Assembly: GCA_964390045.1 (NCBI GenBank)
Contig: CAYMGP010000001.1
Coordinates: forward strand, 28,748 to 92,747
DNA length: 64,000 bases
From: an uncultured Spirochaetaceae bacterium
Lineage (GTDB): Bacteria > Spirochaetota > Spirochaetia > SZUA-6 > DRHE01
Reading direction: 5' to 3'
The notes under the pieces are model-generated. The model searched no databases and had not been told where the DNA came from. It worked only from the letters and a program-made list of their open reading frames with translations. The position numbers and the translations under genes were made by a program. This document shows positions 52,399 to 61,850 of the stretch, one piece after another (positions within the stretch are counted from its first letter, which is position 1; each line of letters begins with the position of its first letter).

Positions 52399-53933
52399 GA
52401 CTCGGACAACTCCCCCAACGATTCATTTGTTTTCTGAAGCGATGCGAAAGCATCTACAAAAACAGGCAATATGCTGTCATACAGCCTGCTGTTTTTCGGA
52501 TTCGGAGAATGCTCTTCGACCACGCTGGTGAATCTGTCTATCTCGTCGAAATCCTTCAACAGCCCGATACCGATCCCGCCGACCAGAGCTGCTCCCACCG
52601 TATTGGCTTCCTGCTGGGCGGAGAGGGTCAGCACGGGCTTGCCCAGGACGTCGGCGAATATCTGCTTCCACAACGCGCTGGCCGCACCTCCGCCGATGAT
52701 CCTCATGGACTCCAGCCTTCCCTTCTTCTCCAGGTAGCCGACCATCAGGCGGACGTTGAATGCTACCCCTTCGAGGGCGGCACGTATCAACTCAGCCTTG
52801 CCTACAGCCAGGCTGAGCCCCAAGAAAGCCCCTTTGGCATGGATGTCGTAGTAGGGAGCGCCGCCGGGACGAAAATAAGGCATGAATACCACACCCCGAG
52901 AACCGGCCGGGCTTTTAGCTGCCAGAGCGTCCATGCGAGCGAAGGCACGGGGATCGATCTCAGCTGTTTTTCCCTCAGTACCGGTTGCCGAAAAAATCTC
53001 GTCACGGATCCACTTGTAAGCCACCCCGGCCGAGAACATTATAATCTGCGAGCAGTAGAGGTCGGGCACCACATGACAGAGGGCCATGGGCCGTCCGTCT
53101 GAATCGATCACCGGCTCCGAGCCCACCACCGAGACCCAGCCCGCAGAGCCGATGCACATGTAGGGCACGTTCCCCATGCCGGCCCCCGAACCCGCCGTAC
53201 CGCAGGAGACATCCCCCCCTCCGAGAACGACGGGCGTTCCTTCGACAAGGCCCATCTCGGTCGCCACCTCCCGGCGCAGATGGCCGATTACCGTGGTGCT
53301 GGGCAGGAGCTCGGGCATCTTCCCGGGATCGATTCCCAGCGTTTGCAGCAGCTCTTCGTGCCAACATCTTTCGCCGAGATGCAGGAGCCCGATATCGGAC
53401 GCCTCTGAGTAATCGGTGGCGATGCGTCCGGTCAGCCAGGCGCATATCGCATCTTTGGTGCCTATGAACTTGGCTGCGCGGCGGTATAGATCCGGTTGGT
53501 TTTCCTTGATCCATGGTATCTTGGCGGCTGGGTATAATACAACATCCAGCCCGCTGCCCGTCTCGCGGTAGAAGCGCTCCCAGCCGATCTTCTCCACCAG
53601 GCGTTCGGCCTGTTCGACGCTGCGCGTGTCCGCCCAAAGCATGGTTCGCGACGATAGAGTCTCACCCCTTTCATCCACTGGCACGCAGCCCATCATGTGT
53701 CCGCTGAAAGACAGGCAGGCCACGTCGCCGGGACGCACGCCTGTCTGCTCGATGAGCTGTGCGGTGGTCCGGATTAACTCCCGCTTCCAGTCTGCAGGAT
53801 CCTGCTCGGCCCAACCTTCCTTTGGGTAATAGGTTGGATACTCTCGGTAAGCGGAGCCCAATAAAGGCCCCTGCTCGTCATAAAAGGATGTCTTGCACCC
53901 TGTGGTACCGAGATCGTAGGCGGCCAGGATCAT
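52395..53933 (-). CDS. FGGY-family carbohydrate kinase
   Basis: The ORF track gives one 614-aa frame (52395-54239) that runs through the upstream aldolase. The real start is the ATG at 53931-53933 (MILAAYDLGTTGCK...), which forms an ATGA overlap with the aldolase stop. FGGY N- and C-terminal domains are present. Confidence 0.85.
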   Translation of the reverse strand: MILAAYDLGTTGCKTSFYDEQGPLLGSAYREYPTYYPKEGWAEQDPADWKRELIRTTAQLIEQTGVRPGDVACLSFSGHMMGCVPVDERGETLSSRTMLWADTRSVEQAERLVEKIGWERFYRETGSGLDVVLYPAAKIPWIKENQPDLYRRAAKFIGTKDAICAWLTGRIATDYSEASDIGLLHLGERCWHEELLQTLGIDPGKMPELLPSTTVIGHLRREVATEMGLVEGTPVVLGGGDVSCGTAGSGAGMGNVPYMCIGSAGWVSVVGSEPVIDSDGRPMALCHVVPDLYCSQIIMFSAGVAYKWIRDEIFSATGTEGKTAEIDPRAFARMDALAAKSPAGSRGVVFMPYFRPGGAPYYDIHAKGAFLGLSLAVGKAELIRAALEGVAFNVRLMVGYLEKKGRLESMRIIGGGAASALWKQIFADVLGKPVLTLSAQQEANTVGAALVGGIGIGLLKDFDEIDRFTSVVEEHSPNPKNSRLYDSILPVFVDAFASLQKTNESLGELSES

Positions 53934-54817
53934 AGCATGCCCATGGAATCCAGAGCTTTTTTTATATTTTGCTTTTCCTCGGTTGTGGCCGCTATGAAGG
54001 GCGAACGCGGAAAAGCTTTGATAACCCCGCGGATCTCCAGCATGGCGTACACGGCCAGTTGCGTGGAGCGGGCCAGGTACATGACATCGCGCAGCTTGTT
54101 CACCTCGAACTGTGTCTTGCGACAGGCATCGAACTCTCCAGCCATCCCCTCTTTCCACATTTTGCCGCAGATCTCGGGAAAAACGTTGCCCAGACCTGGG
54201 ATGTAGGCTTCGGCACCTAGAGCCCGGGCGGACAGCCACATGGCTTCGGTACCCAGCACCACGTCGAAGCTCCCATCACCCAGCTCGCGCTGATAGATAG
54301 CATGCGTCAGGATATCGAAGGTTGCGTCTTTGATCCCGTGCAAGCCCCTGTCCTTCAGCGTCTTGATCGTTGAAAAAGGAATCTCGTAGCCGGAGAACTT
54401 TATATTGTGGTAGAGGTAGATGGGAAAACCCTTGGCTACGGCCTCGAGCATCGAGCCGTAAAACTCGATCAGCGCATCCTCTTTGTGATGGAAGTAGTAG
54501 GGCCCCACCGCAGCCGCACCGTCGCAGCCGATCTTTTCCGCGTGCCTGGTCAGCTCTACCGTATCCCGGGTATTTGTGGTCCCGGTGTGAGCAATTATTG
54601 GTATCTTACCATCGATGACGCGCACGCATACTTCGGCAACCTGTTTTCGCTCCTCGACGTTCATCATGGGCCCTGAGCCGTAGGAACCGCAGATGTACAG
54701 TCCGTTTACCCGCTCCTTTAAAAATTCCAGAAGCTTTTCCAGATTCTGTATGTCGAGCTCTCCGTTTTCTTTGAACGGGGTGACCATAGGCGGGACCACT
54801 CCCTGCAACTTAAACAT
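53930..54817 (-). CDS. DHDPS/NAL-family aldolase (paralog B)
   Basis: 295 aa (MFKLQGVVPPMVTPFKENGELD...). Roughly 75% identical by eye to the aldolase at 10686-11573. AGGAGG RBS. Confidence 0.85.
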   Translation of the reverse strand: MFKLQGVVPPMVTPFKENGELDIQNLEKLLEFLKERVNGLYICGSYGSGPMMNVEERKQVAEVCVRVIDGKIPIIAHTGTTNTRDTVELTRHAEKIGCDGAAAVGPYYFHHKEDALIEFYGSMLEAVAKGFPIYLYHNIKFSGYEIPFSTIKTLKDRGLHGIKDATFDILTHAIYQRELGDGSFDVVLGTEAMWLSARALGAEAYIPGLGNVFPEICGKMWKEGMAGEFDACRKTQFEVNKLRDVMYLARSTQLAVYAMLEIRGVIKAFPRSPFIAATTEEKQNIKKALDSMGML

Positions 54818-54855
54818 AGTTTCCTCCTAAACGGTATTTTCTTTGTTTTAAAAAA

Positions 54856-54885
54856 CCCACGTTTCTTGTTCGTGGATTAACTTCT
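54856..54885 (-). terminator. weak rho-independent terminator/attenuator downstream of the AOR gene
   Basis: Read on the minus strand: CCACG-aacaagaaa-CGTGG hairpin followed by GTTTTTTAAAAC. The stem is short (5 bp), so it may only attenuate read-through into the aldolase gene. Confidence 0.35.
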
Positions 54886-54931
54886 CAGCATAATGAGGAC
54901 CAATTCTCAAATCTTATCTGAAGTGTCGGTT

Positions 54932-56875
54932 CTACAGGACTCCGGAGTACTCCTTCAAGCCCAACTGTTCCAACCTCTCCGCGGTGGGAATGCCCCGCGC
55001 AACCTGCCAGCCTCGCTCCTCGTAGTAGTCGTCCAGCATCTTCGCGGCATCCTCCTTGGAGATCACCTTGGTTTGATAGTAGTCCTTCATCTCGATCCGC
55101 CCTTCGGGCGAGTCCATGGGCCGGAACCAGACCTCCGGCGGCCTGTCCTCCTCCCGGCTGAAGCCTTCCCGAACGTTGATGAGCTTTGCCACATTGCTGA
55201 TGCGCTCTCCGCGCTCGACAAGCTCGCCGGCGGTCAGGTTTTCCCCGCTGGCGGCATTGTACAGCCTGACCATGTCCTTGCCGTACATCAGGCCCTGGTA
55301 GGAGTAGATCGAGCAGAGCCCCAGCGAGTTCTTCACCCGCATCATGTCCTCCATGTAGCGGGTATAGCGACCTACGTTGAAGCTGCCCGCGTAGTCGGAT
55401 TCCGTGAAGATTCTCTCGACGTCTTCCTCCGGAAGACCCCAGCCCTCCACCTGCTCTCGCACCTGTTCGATTGTCTTGTTGCGGCTGTTGGTCCGCGTGT
55501 GCGAGCCCCCGTGATGCGGGCGTGGCCTGGTAAAGAACGACATCATCAGGGGATGAAAGTTCGAAGGCCGGGCGTCGTATATGAAATCCACGCCCTTACA
55601 GATCCCCGCATACCAGTACTCCTGCGGGTCCAGCCCGAAATCTTTTTTCAGCCGGAACCAGCCATCCGCCAGCACGTCTCCGAATCCCTCGCGGTTGACC
55701 GTCATTTCGTACAGCTGCAAATAGGTCTCGTAGTCGCGCTTCAGCTCCAACCCGCCTGTATCTTCTCTTGTCAGTCTGCCGATCTCGTACATCTTGGTCA
55801 CGAAATCGATAATGCGCATGCTGGTATAGAAATCTATGCCGGTACGTGAATTGGCGTCTGCCACGATGTGGATCATTTTACGGAAATCCCGCACGCCCAG
55901 CAGCATCCCCGAGGTCGCGCTCTTGCTGAAAGGAGATCCATATCCGATCTCTCCGTCGTACTCGCCGCCCTTGATCTTCCACTTCAAACGGCAGCTCAAG
56001 ACGCACGAGTTGTCCGAGATTACCTCCTCGACCGTCTCCAGCCGGGTTTTTTCCCCGTACAGCTCGTCCCACTCGTCCTTGGGCCAGATTCCCGGATACT
56101 GGGTGTGCTTGAAGGTATCCCAGCCGGCGGCCAGGCCCAGCTTGATCCAGTGCTCTCGCCGCGGCCACTTGAGGACTCTCTCACGAAGCTCCTGGGTGAC
56201 CTGCATGAACTCCTGCGGGCGGGCCACATCCACGTCACCGCTGCCATTGACCACGATGGCTTTGAGGTTCTTCGACCCCATCACCGCGCCGAGGCCTCCA
56301 CGGCCCAGGGAGTTGGCCTTGTCCACGATCGTCATGGCGTGACGGACCAGTTTTTCACCGGATGTTCCTATAACAATCACCCCGGTTTCCGGTCCTTCCC
56401 GCCCCACCAGCTCGTTGGTCACTTCTTCGATTCCCCGTCCCCACAGATCCGCGGCATCCACCAATTCGATCTGCTGATCACGAATTCGCAGGTATACAGG
56501 CTTGGGCGACTTCCCGCTTACCAATAGGTGATGACAGGCTGCGCGGTTCAGAGCGATGCCCAGATACCTTCCCCCCGTTGTACAGGCACCGATGTAGTGC
56601 TTGCCATCCTCGGAGGCAATTGTGGGAAACTTGGTGATGACTGTGGTCTTCGGTGTTCCGGCTGTCAGGGTTCCTGCCAGGATCCCGGGATTAATACAAA
56701 TTACGTTTTCCGGGGAAAACGGATCGATCCCAGGGGGGAGATTGTCCGCCATCAGCTTCCAACCGACGCCGCATCCACCGAGAAAATCGCGATCAACGGA
56801 TTCGTCGACCTGCTCCGAGCGCACTGTACCTGTTGTCAAATCCACGTAGCGTGTCCATCTTTTTGGTCGGCTCAT
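54932..56875 (-). CDS. aldehyde:ferredoxin oxidoreductase (tungsten-type AOR family)
   Basis: 647 aa. AOR N-terminal domain (VDLTTGTV..., GLGAVMGSKNLKAIVVNG) and a long C-terminal alpha-helical domain typical of AOR/FOR/GAPOR enzymes. Confidence 0.8.
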   Translation of the reverse strand: MSRPKRWTRYVDLTTGTVRSEQVDESVDRDFLGGCGVGWKLMADNLPPGIDPFSPENVICINPGILAGTLTAGTPKTTVITKFPTIASEDGKHYIGACTTGGRYLGIALNRAACHHLLVSGKSPKPVYLRIRDQQIELVDAADLWGRGIEEVTNELVGREGPETGVIVIGTSGEKLVRHAMTIVDKANSLGRGGLGAVMGSKNLKAIVVNGSGDVDVARPQEFMQVTQELRERVLKWPRREHWIKLGLAAGWDTFKHTQYPGIWPKDEWDELYGEKTRLETVEEVISDNSCVLSCRLKWKIKGGEYDGEIGYGSPFSKSATSGMLLGVRDFRKMIHIVADANSRTGIDFYTSMRIIDFVTKMYEIGRLTREDTGGLELKRDYETYLQLYEMTVNREGFGDVLADGWFRLKKDFGLDPQEYWYAGICKGVDFIYDARPSNFHPLMMSFFTRPRPHHGGSHTRTNSRNKTIEQVREQVEGWGLPEEDVERIFTESDYAGSFNVGRYTRYMEDMMRVKNSLGLCSIYSYQGLMYGKDMVRLYNAASGENLTAGELVERGERISNVAKLINVREGFSREEDRPPEVWFRPMDSPEGRIEMKDYYQTKVISKEDAAKMLDDYYEERGWQVARGIPTAERLEQLGLKEYSGVL

Positions 56876-56884
56876 CGTTCCTCC

Positions 56885-57157
56885 TCACATGCAGACGACG
56901 ATCGTGTTTTTATGCTTCAACTCCTGCAGGCTGATCGCATTGTAGGGGCACACCTTCAGGCAGGCCGGATCGCCACCACAGAAATCACAGTCCAACGGCA
57001 TAATCATAGGCACCGTGTGTCCTGTCTGGGCGTCGCGATTCATGCGGATCACGGACTTCTCCGGATTGAACACCCCGGCCCTGGCAAAGGAGCAGGCCAG
57101 CTGGCAGCTGCGGCATCCCCGGCATTTGCTGGCATTGATGTACAGAATACTGGTCAT
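56885..57157 (-). CDS. 4Fe-4S ferredoxin-type small protein (putative AOR electron acceptor)
   Basis: 90 aa. Two Cys clusters (CRGCRSCQLAC; CDFCGGDPACLKVCP). Confidence 0.7.
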   Translation of the reverse strand: MTSILYINASKCRGCRSCQLACSFARAGVFNPEKSVIRMNRDAQTGHTVPMIMPLDCDFCGGDPACLKVCPYNAISLQELKHKNTIVVCM

Positions 57158-57159
57158 GC

Positions 57160-57540
57160 TTATTCCTCCGGAGGCCGATAGACCATCTCGAGCCTGTTTC
57201 CTTCAGGGTCCTCGAAGTATCCGATCGTCCAGCCGTTGCTTGTGTTCCGTACATCATGCAGGGCTACACCCTTGGCCTTAAGATCGTCTTCCACTGCCTG
57301 GAAATCCTCGACCACCAGCCCCACGTGGCTGTAGCCGCAGTCGTTCAGCGCCCGCGTTTGCGCTTCCGCGTTGGTGGGCAGGATCTCGATCTCAAAGCCG
57401 CCTTCCCCCTTCATGAAATAGATAGGCGGCCGGTCGGCCTTCTCCAGGGTACGCACCACGGTCAAACCCAGAGTGTCCGCATACCAGCGAGAGAGCTTCT
57501 GCGTATCCCTGGCATAGATTCCAAGATGTTCGACTTTCAT
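57160..57540 (-). CDS. VOC-family (glyoxalase I/lactoylglutathione-lyase-like) protein
   Basis: Start taken at ATG 57540 (MKVEHLGIYARD...). The ORF-track start at 57561 would overlap the cyclase gene. VOC beta-alpha-beta-beta-beta pattern with a HVGLVVED segment. Confidence 0.65.
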   Translation of the reverse strand: MKVEHLGIYARDTQKLSRWYADTLGLTVVRTLEKADRPPIYFMKGEGGFEIEILPTNAEAQTRALNDCGYSHVGLVVEDFQAVEDDLKAKGVALHDVRNTSNGWTIGYFEDPEGNRLEMVYRPPEE

Positions 57541-57541
57541 G

Positions 57542-58264
57542 CTAATCCTCCACTTCTGCAAAGACTGTAACGGGCATGGCCTCCGCCCCGAACAACCTCA
57601 GCGGTATCACAAAGAACCGGCGCAGCTTCTTACCGAGCAGGATCGCTAGGTTTAGGTCCTCCAGCACAAAGGTTTTCTGCTTCTTCTTCGTTAGAAATAC
57701 TTTGTGTACGGGAAACTGCACAGGCGAGGCCACCTTTCCATCGGGTATGTTCTCGATGCCGATGGTGTCGATGCCGTAGGCCCGGATGTTGAAATTGTCC
57801 ACCAGATAGTTGGCCGCTTCCAGAGTGAAGCTCGGCTGGTTCTTTACGAATCCCTCCTGATCTTTCTTGCGCGTCTGCGAAAATCCTGTGTAGATCAACA
57901 GGATATCCGCCTTAGCCAGCTCTTCCTTGTGCGGCTCCAGTTCCTGTACCGATATCTTCTCCTTGTTCTGCTTAGGGATTTCGAGCAACACAGGGTGGCT
58001 GAAAATGAAATCATTGATCCCGAACTCGTGCAGCCTGAAGCCTTCCGGGTCCACATGGAAGGGCACATCGATGTGCGTCCCGGTGTGGGCAAAAAACTCC
58101 ATGATGCTCGTGTTGTTGTAGGATTTCCAGCGAACCTTGGAGTCCTCAGGCTCTCCGGAAGGAGCTTCCGTCATTCTGGATCTCGGTATTACCCGAGGCG
58201 GGTCTATGGCTCCCGGCATAACGATGTCATCGGGCTCTAGTGAGTAGGACGCTTCGATAAACAT
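57542..58264 (-). CDS. cyclase-family protein (third paralog)
   Basis: 240 aa, with the HTGTHIDVPFH motif. Confidence 0.75.
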   Translation of the reverse strand: MFIEASYSLEPDDIVMPGAIDPPRVIPRSRMTEAPSGEPEDSKVRWKSYNNTSIMEFFAHTGTHIDVPFHVDPEGFRLHEFGINDFIFSHPVLLEIPKQNKEKISVQELEPHKEELAKADILLIYTGFSQTRKKDQEGFVKNQPSFTLEAANYLVDNFNIRAYGIDTIGIENIPDGKVASPVQFPVHKVFLTKKKQKTFVLEDLNLAILLGKKLRRFFVIPLRLFGAEAMPVTVFAEVED

Positions 58265-58367
58265 TGAATTACCTCCATCAGGTTTTATTGGTTTCTAAAA
58301 TATCGTATTATCAATTTGTAATCTCGTCAATATGTATTTACATATTTTCAGCATTACGGCTAACCCG

Positions 58368-59330
58368 CTACTGCTGTGTCTGCAGGCGGCTATAGACGCC
58401 CACGATGACCAGAATGATAAAGCCGTTGAGCATGATCTGCCACTCCATTCCCAGGCCCAGCATGCTCAGGATACTGAACAGCACGGCCACCACCAGCACG
58501 CCCAAAAAGGTTCTCTCAACTCCGCCTCGTCCGCCTGTGAAGAGGGTTCCGCCGATGATCACCGCAGCGATGGAGTCGAGGCTCAGGGCGGCACCTACCC
58601 CGGCGCCGCTCTGGAAGGTCGGATAGGGCGTCCGTGCCCAGCCCAGGTAGAATAGGCCGGCGATAGCGGCCAGCAGCCCGCTTAATACGTACACCAAGAT
58701 CTGGACTCTGCGGTAGCGTATTCCGGACAGATGACAGGTCACGATGCTGCAACCAAGGGCCCGGATCTTCCAGCCGAAAGATGTGAATCTAAGCACGAGA
58801 AAGAGCAGAACTGTCAGGACGATCCAGACGATGGTAATGATCGGGATACCCGCTACCCTTCCAGTGCTCAAAGCGATGAGGCTTTCTGCGGCTCTACCCC
58901 GCCCGCCCCCTCCGGTAGTTACATAGAGCACACCGGTTAGAATGATCATCATAGCCAGGGTCATCACCACATGGGGAATCCTGAAAAAGGAGATGCCGAT
59001 CCCGTTCACCAGCCCGATGACACACCCCAGGACGATGCACAGCAGGGCCGGCAGGACAAAGCTGCCGTCAGCCATGAGCATGGCCCCTGTCATGATAGTG
59101 ATCCAGTAGATAGAGCCCACCGACATGTCGATACCACCGGAGAGAATCACCAATGTTTGAGAAAGCGCCAAGATCCCCAGCATGGTGTTGCAGTACATGA
59201 CGTTTGAAAGGTGCTTCAAGGTCAGGAATCCCGGGGTTATGGCCCCGGCCACGCCCATGATCACGATCAAGGCCACGATCATGATCAGAGGTTGGATGAG
59301 GTTCGACGGTATTGTCAGGGTGCGGTTCAT
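58368..59330 (-). CDS. ribose-type ABC transporter permease
   Basis: 320 aa (GGIDMSVGS, GGRGGVERTFLG). Confidence 0.85.
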   Translation of the reverse strand: MNRTLTIPSNLIQPLIMIVALIVIMGVAGAITPGFLTLKHLSNVMYCNTMLGILALSQTLVILSGGIDMSVGSIYWITIMTGAMLMADGSFVLPALLCIVLGCVIGLVNGIGISFFRIPHVVMTLAMMIILTGVLYVTTGGGGRGRAAESLIALSTGRVAGIPIITIVWIVLTVLLFLVLRFTSFGWKIRALGCSIVTCHLSGIRYRRVQILVYVLSGLLAAIAGLFYLGWARTPYPTFQSGAGVGAALSLDSIAAVIIGGTLFTGGRGGVERTFLGVLVVAVLFSILSMLGLGMEWQIMLNGFIILVIVGVYSRLQTQQ

Positions 59331-60277
59331 TTTCCTTCCTTTCCCCTCTGCACGATGTACAGTTGAATGCCGGCAACGCTGGCCAGGAGAACACCTTTAA
59401 CGATAAAATGATACCAAATGGTGATTCCCAGAAACTGCAGTATCCGACCGACGGACGAGATGATCAGGGAGGCGGCAATGGTTCCGCTGTAGCCGCCGAC
59501 TCCTCCGGTGACCAGGGTTCCTCCCATGAAGACCGTGGTGAAGGAGTCGAAAAGATAAGGGGCTCCCGCTTGGGCGTTCCCGCTGCCTATCCTGGCGGCT
59601 ATGAACAGGCCCGCCAGGGCTGAAGCGAGGGCGCTGACCACGTATACCTTGATGCGGGTTAGATCGACATCCACCCCGGACATGCGGGCGCTGGCCGAGT
59701 CACCACCCACCGCGTACACCTGTCGGCCGAACTTACGCCGCTGCAGGATCACGATTCCCACAAAGGCGGTGAGCAGCAGAATGATGAAGGGAACGAGAGG
59801 AAATTCGCCGAGCTGATACAACAGGAAGTGTTTGTAGGACTCCGGGATGTACCCGCCGGGGCTGGGACGGATCAGTAGATTTACACCGGTCAGCAGAAAC
59901 ATCATGCTCAGGGTCATGATAAAAGGATTGATGTTCAGCTTGGTGATGCCCAGACCGTTGATCAGGCCGACGCAGAATGCGGCGATGAACACGAGTAGAA
60001 TCGAAGGCAGGATTCCCTGATCCATCGTGACCGAGGCAATCGCCGTGGCCATACTGGCCACCGCCCCGACGGACAAATCGAAGCCCTGGCTGAGCACGAC
60101 AAATGTCTGAGCCAGACCGATCAGAGCGATCGGCACGGTGCTGGCGATGATATTGGAAAACGTCGAGGTTGTGCGAAAATAGGGTGAGATAGCGGAAGCA
60201 ACCAGCCAGAGAATGACGAGCACCAGATATATGTACCACTTGCCGAAAGATTTCTTCAACCAAACAGCGAATGTCAT
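59327..60277 (-). CDS. ribose-type ABC transporter permease
   Basis: 316 aa (GFDLSVGA, GGVGGYSGTIAAS). Confidence 0.85.
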   Translation of the reverse strand: MTFAVWLKKSFGKWYIYLVLVILWLVASAISPYFRTTSTFSNIIASTVPIALIGLAQTFVVLSQGFDLSVGAVASMATAIASVTMDQGILPSILLVFIAAFCVGLINGLGITKLNINPFIMTLSMMFLLTGVNLLIRPSPGGYIPESYKHFLLYQLGEFPLVPFIILLLTAFVGIVILQRRKFGRQVYAVGGDSASARMSGVDVDLTRIKVYVVSALASALAGLFIAARIGSGNAQAGAPYLFDSFTTVFMGGTLVTGGVGGYSGTIAASLIISSVGRILQFLGITIWYHFIVKGVLLASVAGIQLYIVQRGKEGK

Positions 60278-60289
60278 GCCTCTGTCCCT

Positions 60290-61795
60290 TTAACCATAGT
60301 AAGAATCGAGTAGCTCTTCTTCGTTGATTTTTTCACCGCTGAATTGTCGAACAATTCGTCCCTCGTGCATCACAAACACACGGTCCGGAAGGTTGACCAC
60401 CTCCTCCAGATCCGTGAGCACGGTTAGCGTAGGAATTCCCTCGTCGGCCAGTTGTCTCAGCAGATAGTAGATCTCCACCTTGGCCCCGACGTCCAAACCC
60501 ATGGTGGGCTGGTCGAGGAGCAGGACTTTGGGGCTGGCCAGTAGGTATTTCCCCAATACGACCTTCTGCCTGTTTCCTCCGCTGAGCTGGCGGACAATCT
60601 TGGCGATGCTGGGCGTTACGATTCTCAGCTTCTGAACCATATCCTCGACAATTTTCCTGTCTTTATTCCTGGGGATGATCCCCCAGCTCGTGCGGCTGTC
60701 CACACTGGCAACCGACATGTTCAACCAGACGTCGTGGGCAAGCCACAGCTCCTCCTGATCGCGCCGGTCTGAGACGAAGAAAACACCGTTCTTCATTGCG
60801 GTTCTCGGACTTTCTATCCGTACCGGCGTGCCGAACATCTCGATAGTTCCCTGGATTCTCAGCTCCAGTCCGGTTATCGCGCGCAGCAGGCTGCTTTGGC
60901 CCTGACCGCGCAGTCCGGCCAGGGCGACGATTTCACCCCTGTGGATCTCCAGGCTGACATCTTTGAGGTGTTTTGTGGCGGCGTTTTTAACAGAGAGAAC
61001 GGTCTCGCCAAGCTGTTGCCGCCCCAGCTTGGACGGAAAATCCAACCCCTTCTCCTTGCCTGTCATCATGCCAATGATCCGCTTGCGAAGAGCCGAGCGG
61101 TCGTTGTCCTTCGGATTGTGAATGATCCCTTCGAAGTTCCCGTCCTTGAGGACGATGATCTGCTCGCAGATCTCCAGGACCTCCTCCAGCCTGTGGGAAA
61201 TGAAGATGAGAGTTTTACCCCTACGCTTCAGGTCCTCGATAATGGCGAACAGCCTGCGCACCACATCGCTTGTGAGCGGGGCTGTCATTTCGTCGAAAAT
61301 CAGGATATTCGGGTCGCGTTCCAGCGCCTTAGCCAGCTCGACCAGACTCTTCTCGCCCTCCCGCAGCAGATCCGCAGATTCGCTAACATCGATATCCAGC
61401 CCTACCGGACGCAGCACTTCTTGCGCCCGGGATTGCAGCAGTTTCCTGTTCAAAAACCCGCCTGAGTAAAACTGATCCAACCTGTCCAAAAATATATTTT
61501 CAGCTACACTGAGGTGGGGGATCAGAGCATGTTCCTGGAACACCGCATCCAGCTTGTACTCCCCCCGAGCCTGGGTGGGATTCCTGATCTGGGCTTCCTC
61601 GCCCTTGATTCTTATCGTACCTCCGTCCGGAGCGTGCAGTCCCATAAGAATTTTGACAAGTGTCGATTTTCCGGCTCCGTTCTCGCCCACCAGGCCATAG
61701 ATATTCCCCGCTTCGAGGGAAAAGGTGATTTTTTTGAGCACCTCTACACCAGGAAAGCGTTTCTCGAGGGATTCCACGTTCAGGATTGGTTCCAT
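60290..61795 (-). CDS. sugar ABC transporter ATP-binding protein (duplicated ABC domains)
   Basis: 501 aa. GENGAGKSTL Walker A and LSGGNRQK signature; a second, degenerate ABC domain. Confidence 0.9.
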   Translation of the reverse strand: MEPILNVESLEKRFPGVEVLKKITFSLEAGNIYGLVGENGAGKSTLVKILMGLHAPDGGTIRIKGEEAQIRNPTQARGEYKLDAVFQEHALIPHLSVAENIFLDRLDQFYSGGFLNRKLLQSRAQEVLRPVGLDIDVSESADLLREGEKSLVELAKALERDPNILIFDEMTAPLTSDVVRRLFAIIEDLKRRGKTLIFISHRLEEVLEICEQIIVLKDGNFEGIIHNPKDNDRSALRKRIIGMMTGKEKGLDFPSKLGRQQLGETVLSVKNAATKHLKDVSLEIHRGEIVALAGLRGQGQSSLLRAITGLELRIQGTIEMFGTPVRIESPRTAMKNGVFFVSDRRDQEELWLAHDVWLNMSVASVDSRTSWGIIPRNKDRKIVEDMVQKLRIVTPSIAKIVRQLSGGNRQKVVLGKYLLASPKVLLLDQPTMGLDVGAKVEIYYLLRQLADEGIPTLTVLTDLEEVVNLPDRVFVMHEGRIVRQFSGEKINEEELLDSYYG

Positions 61796-61850
61796 GATTT
61801 TTATTATGATGGCGGTATCGCCAAAGCTGGCGATACCGCCTTTTCCCCTG

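Noticed and set aside
52395-54239. Single 614-aa ORF spanning the FGGY kinase and part of the aldolase
   Set aside because: The first 102 aa are an alternate-frame read-through of the aldolase gene. The true kinase start is the ATG at 53933, which overlaps the aldolase stop.
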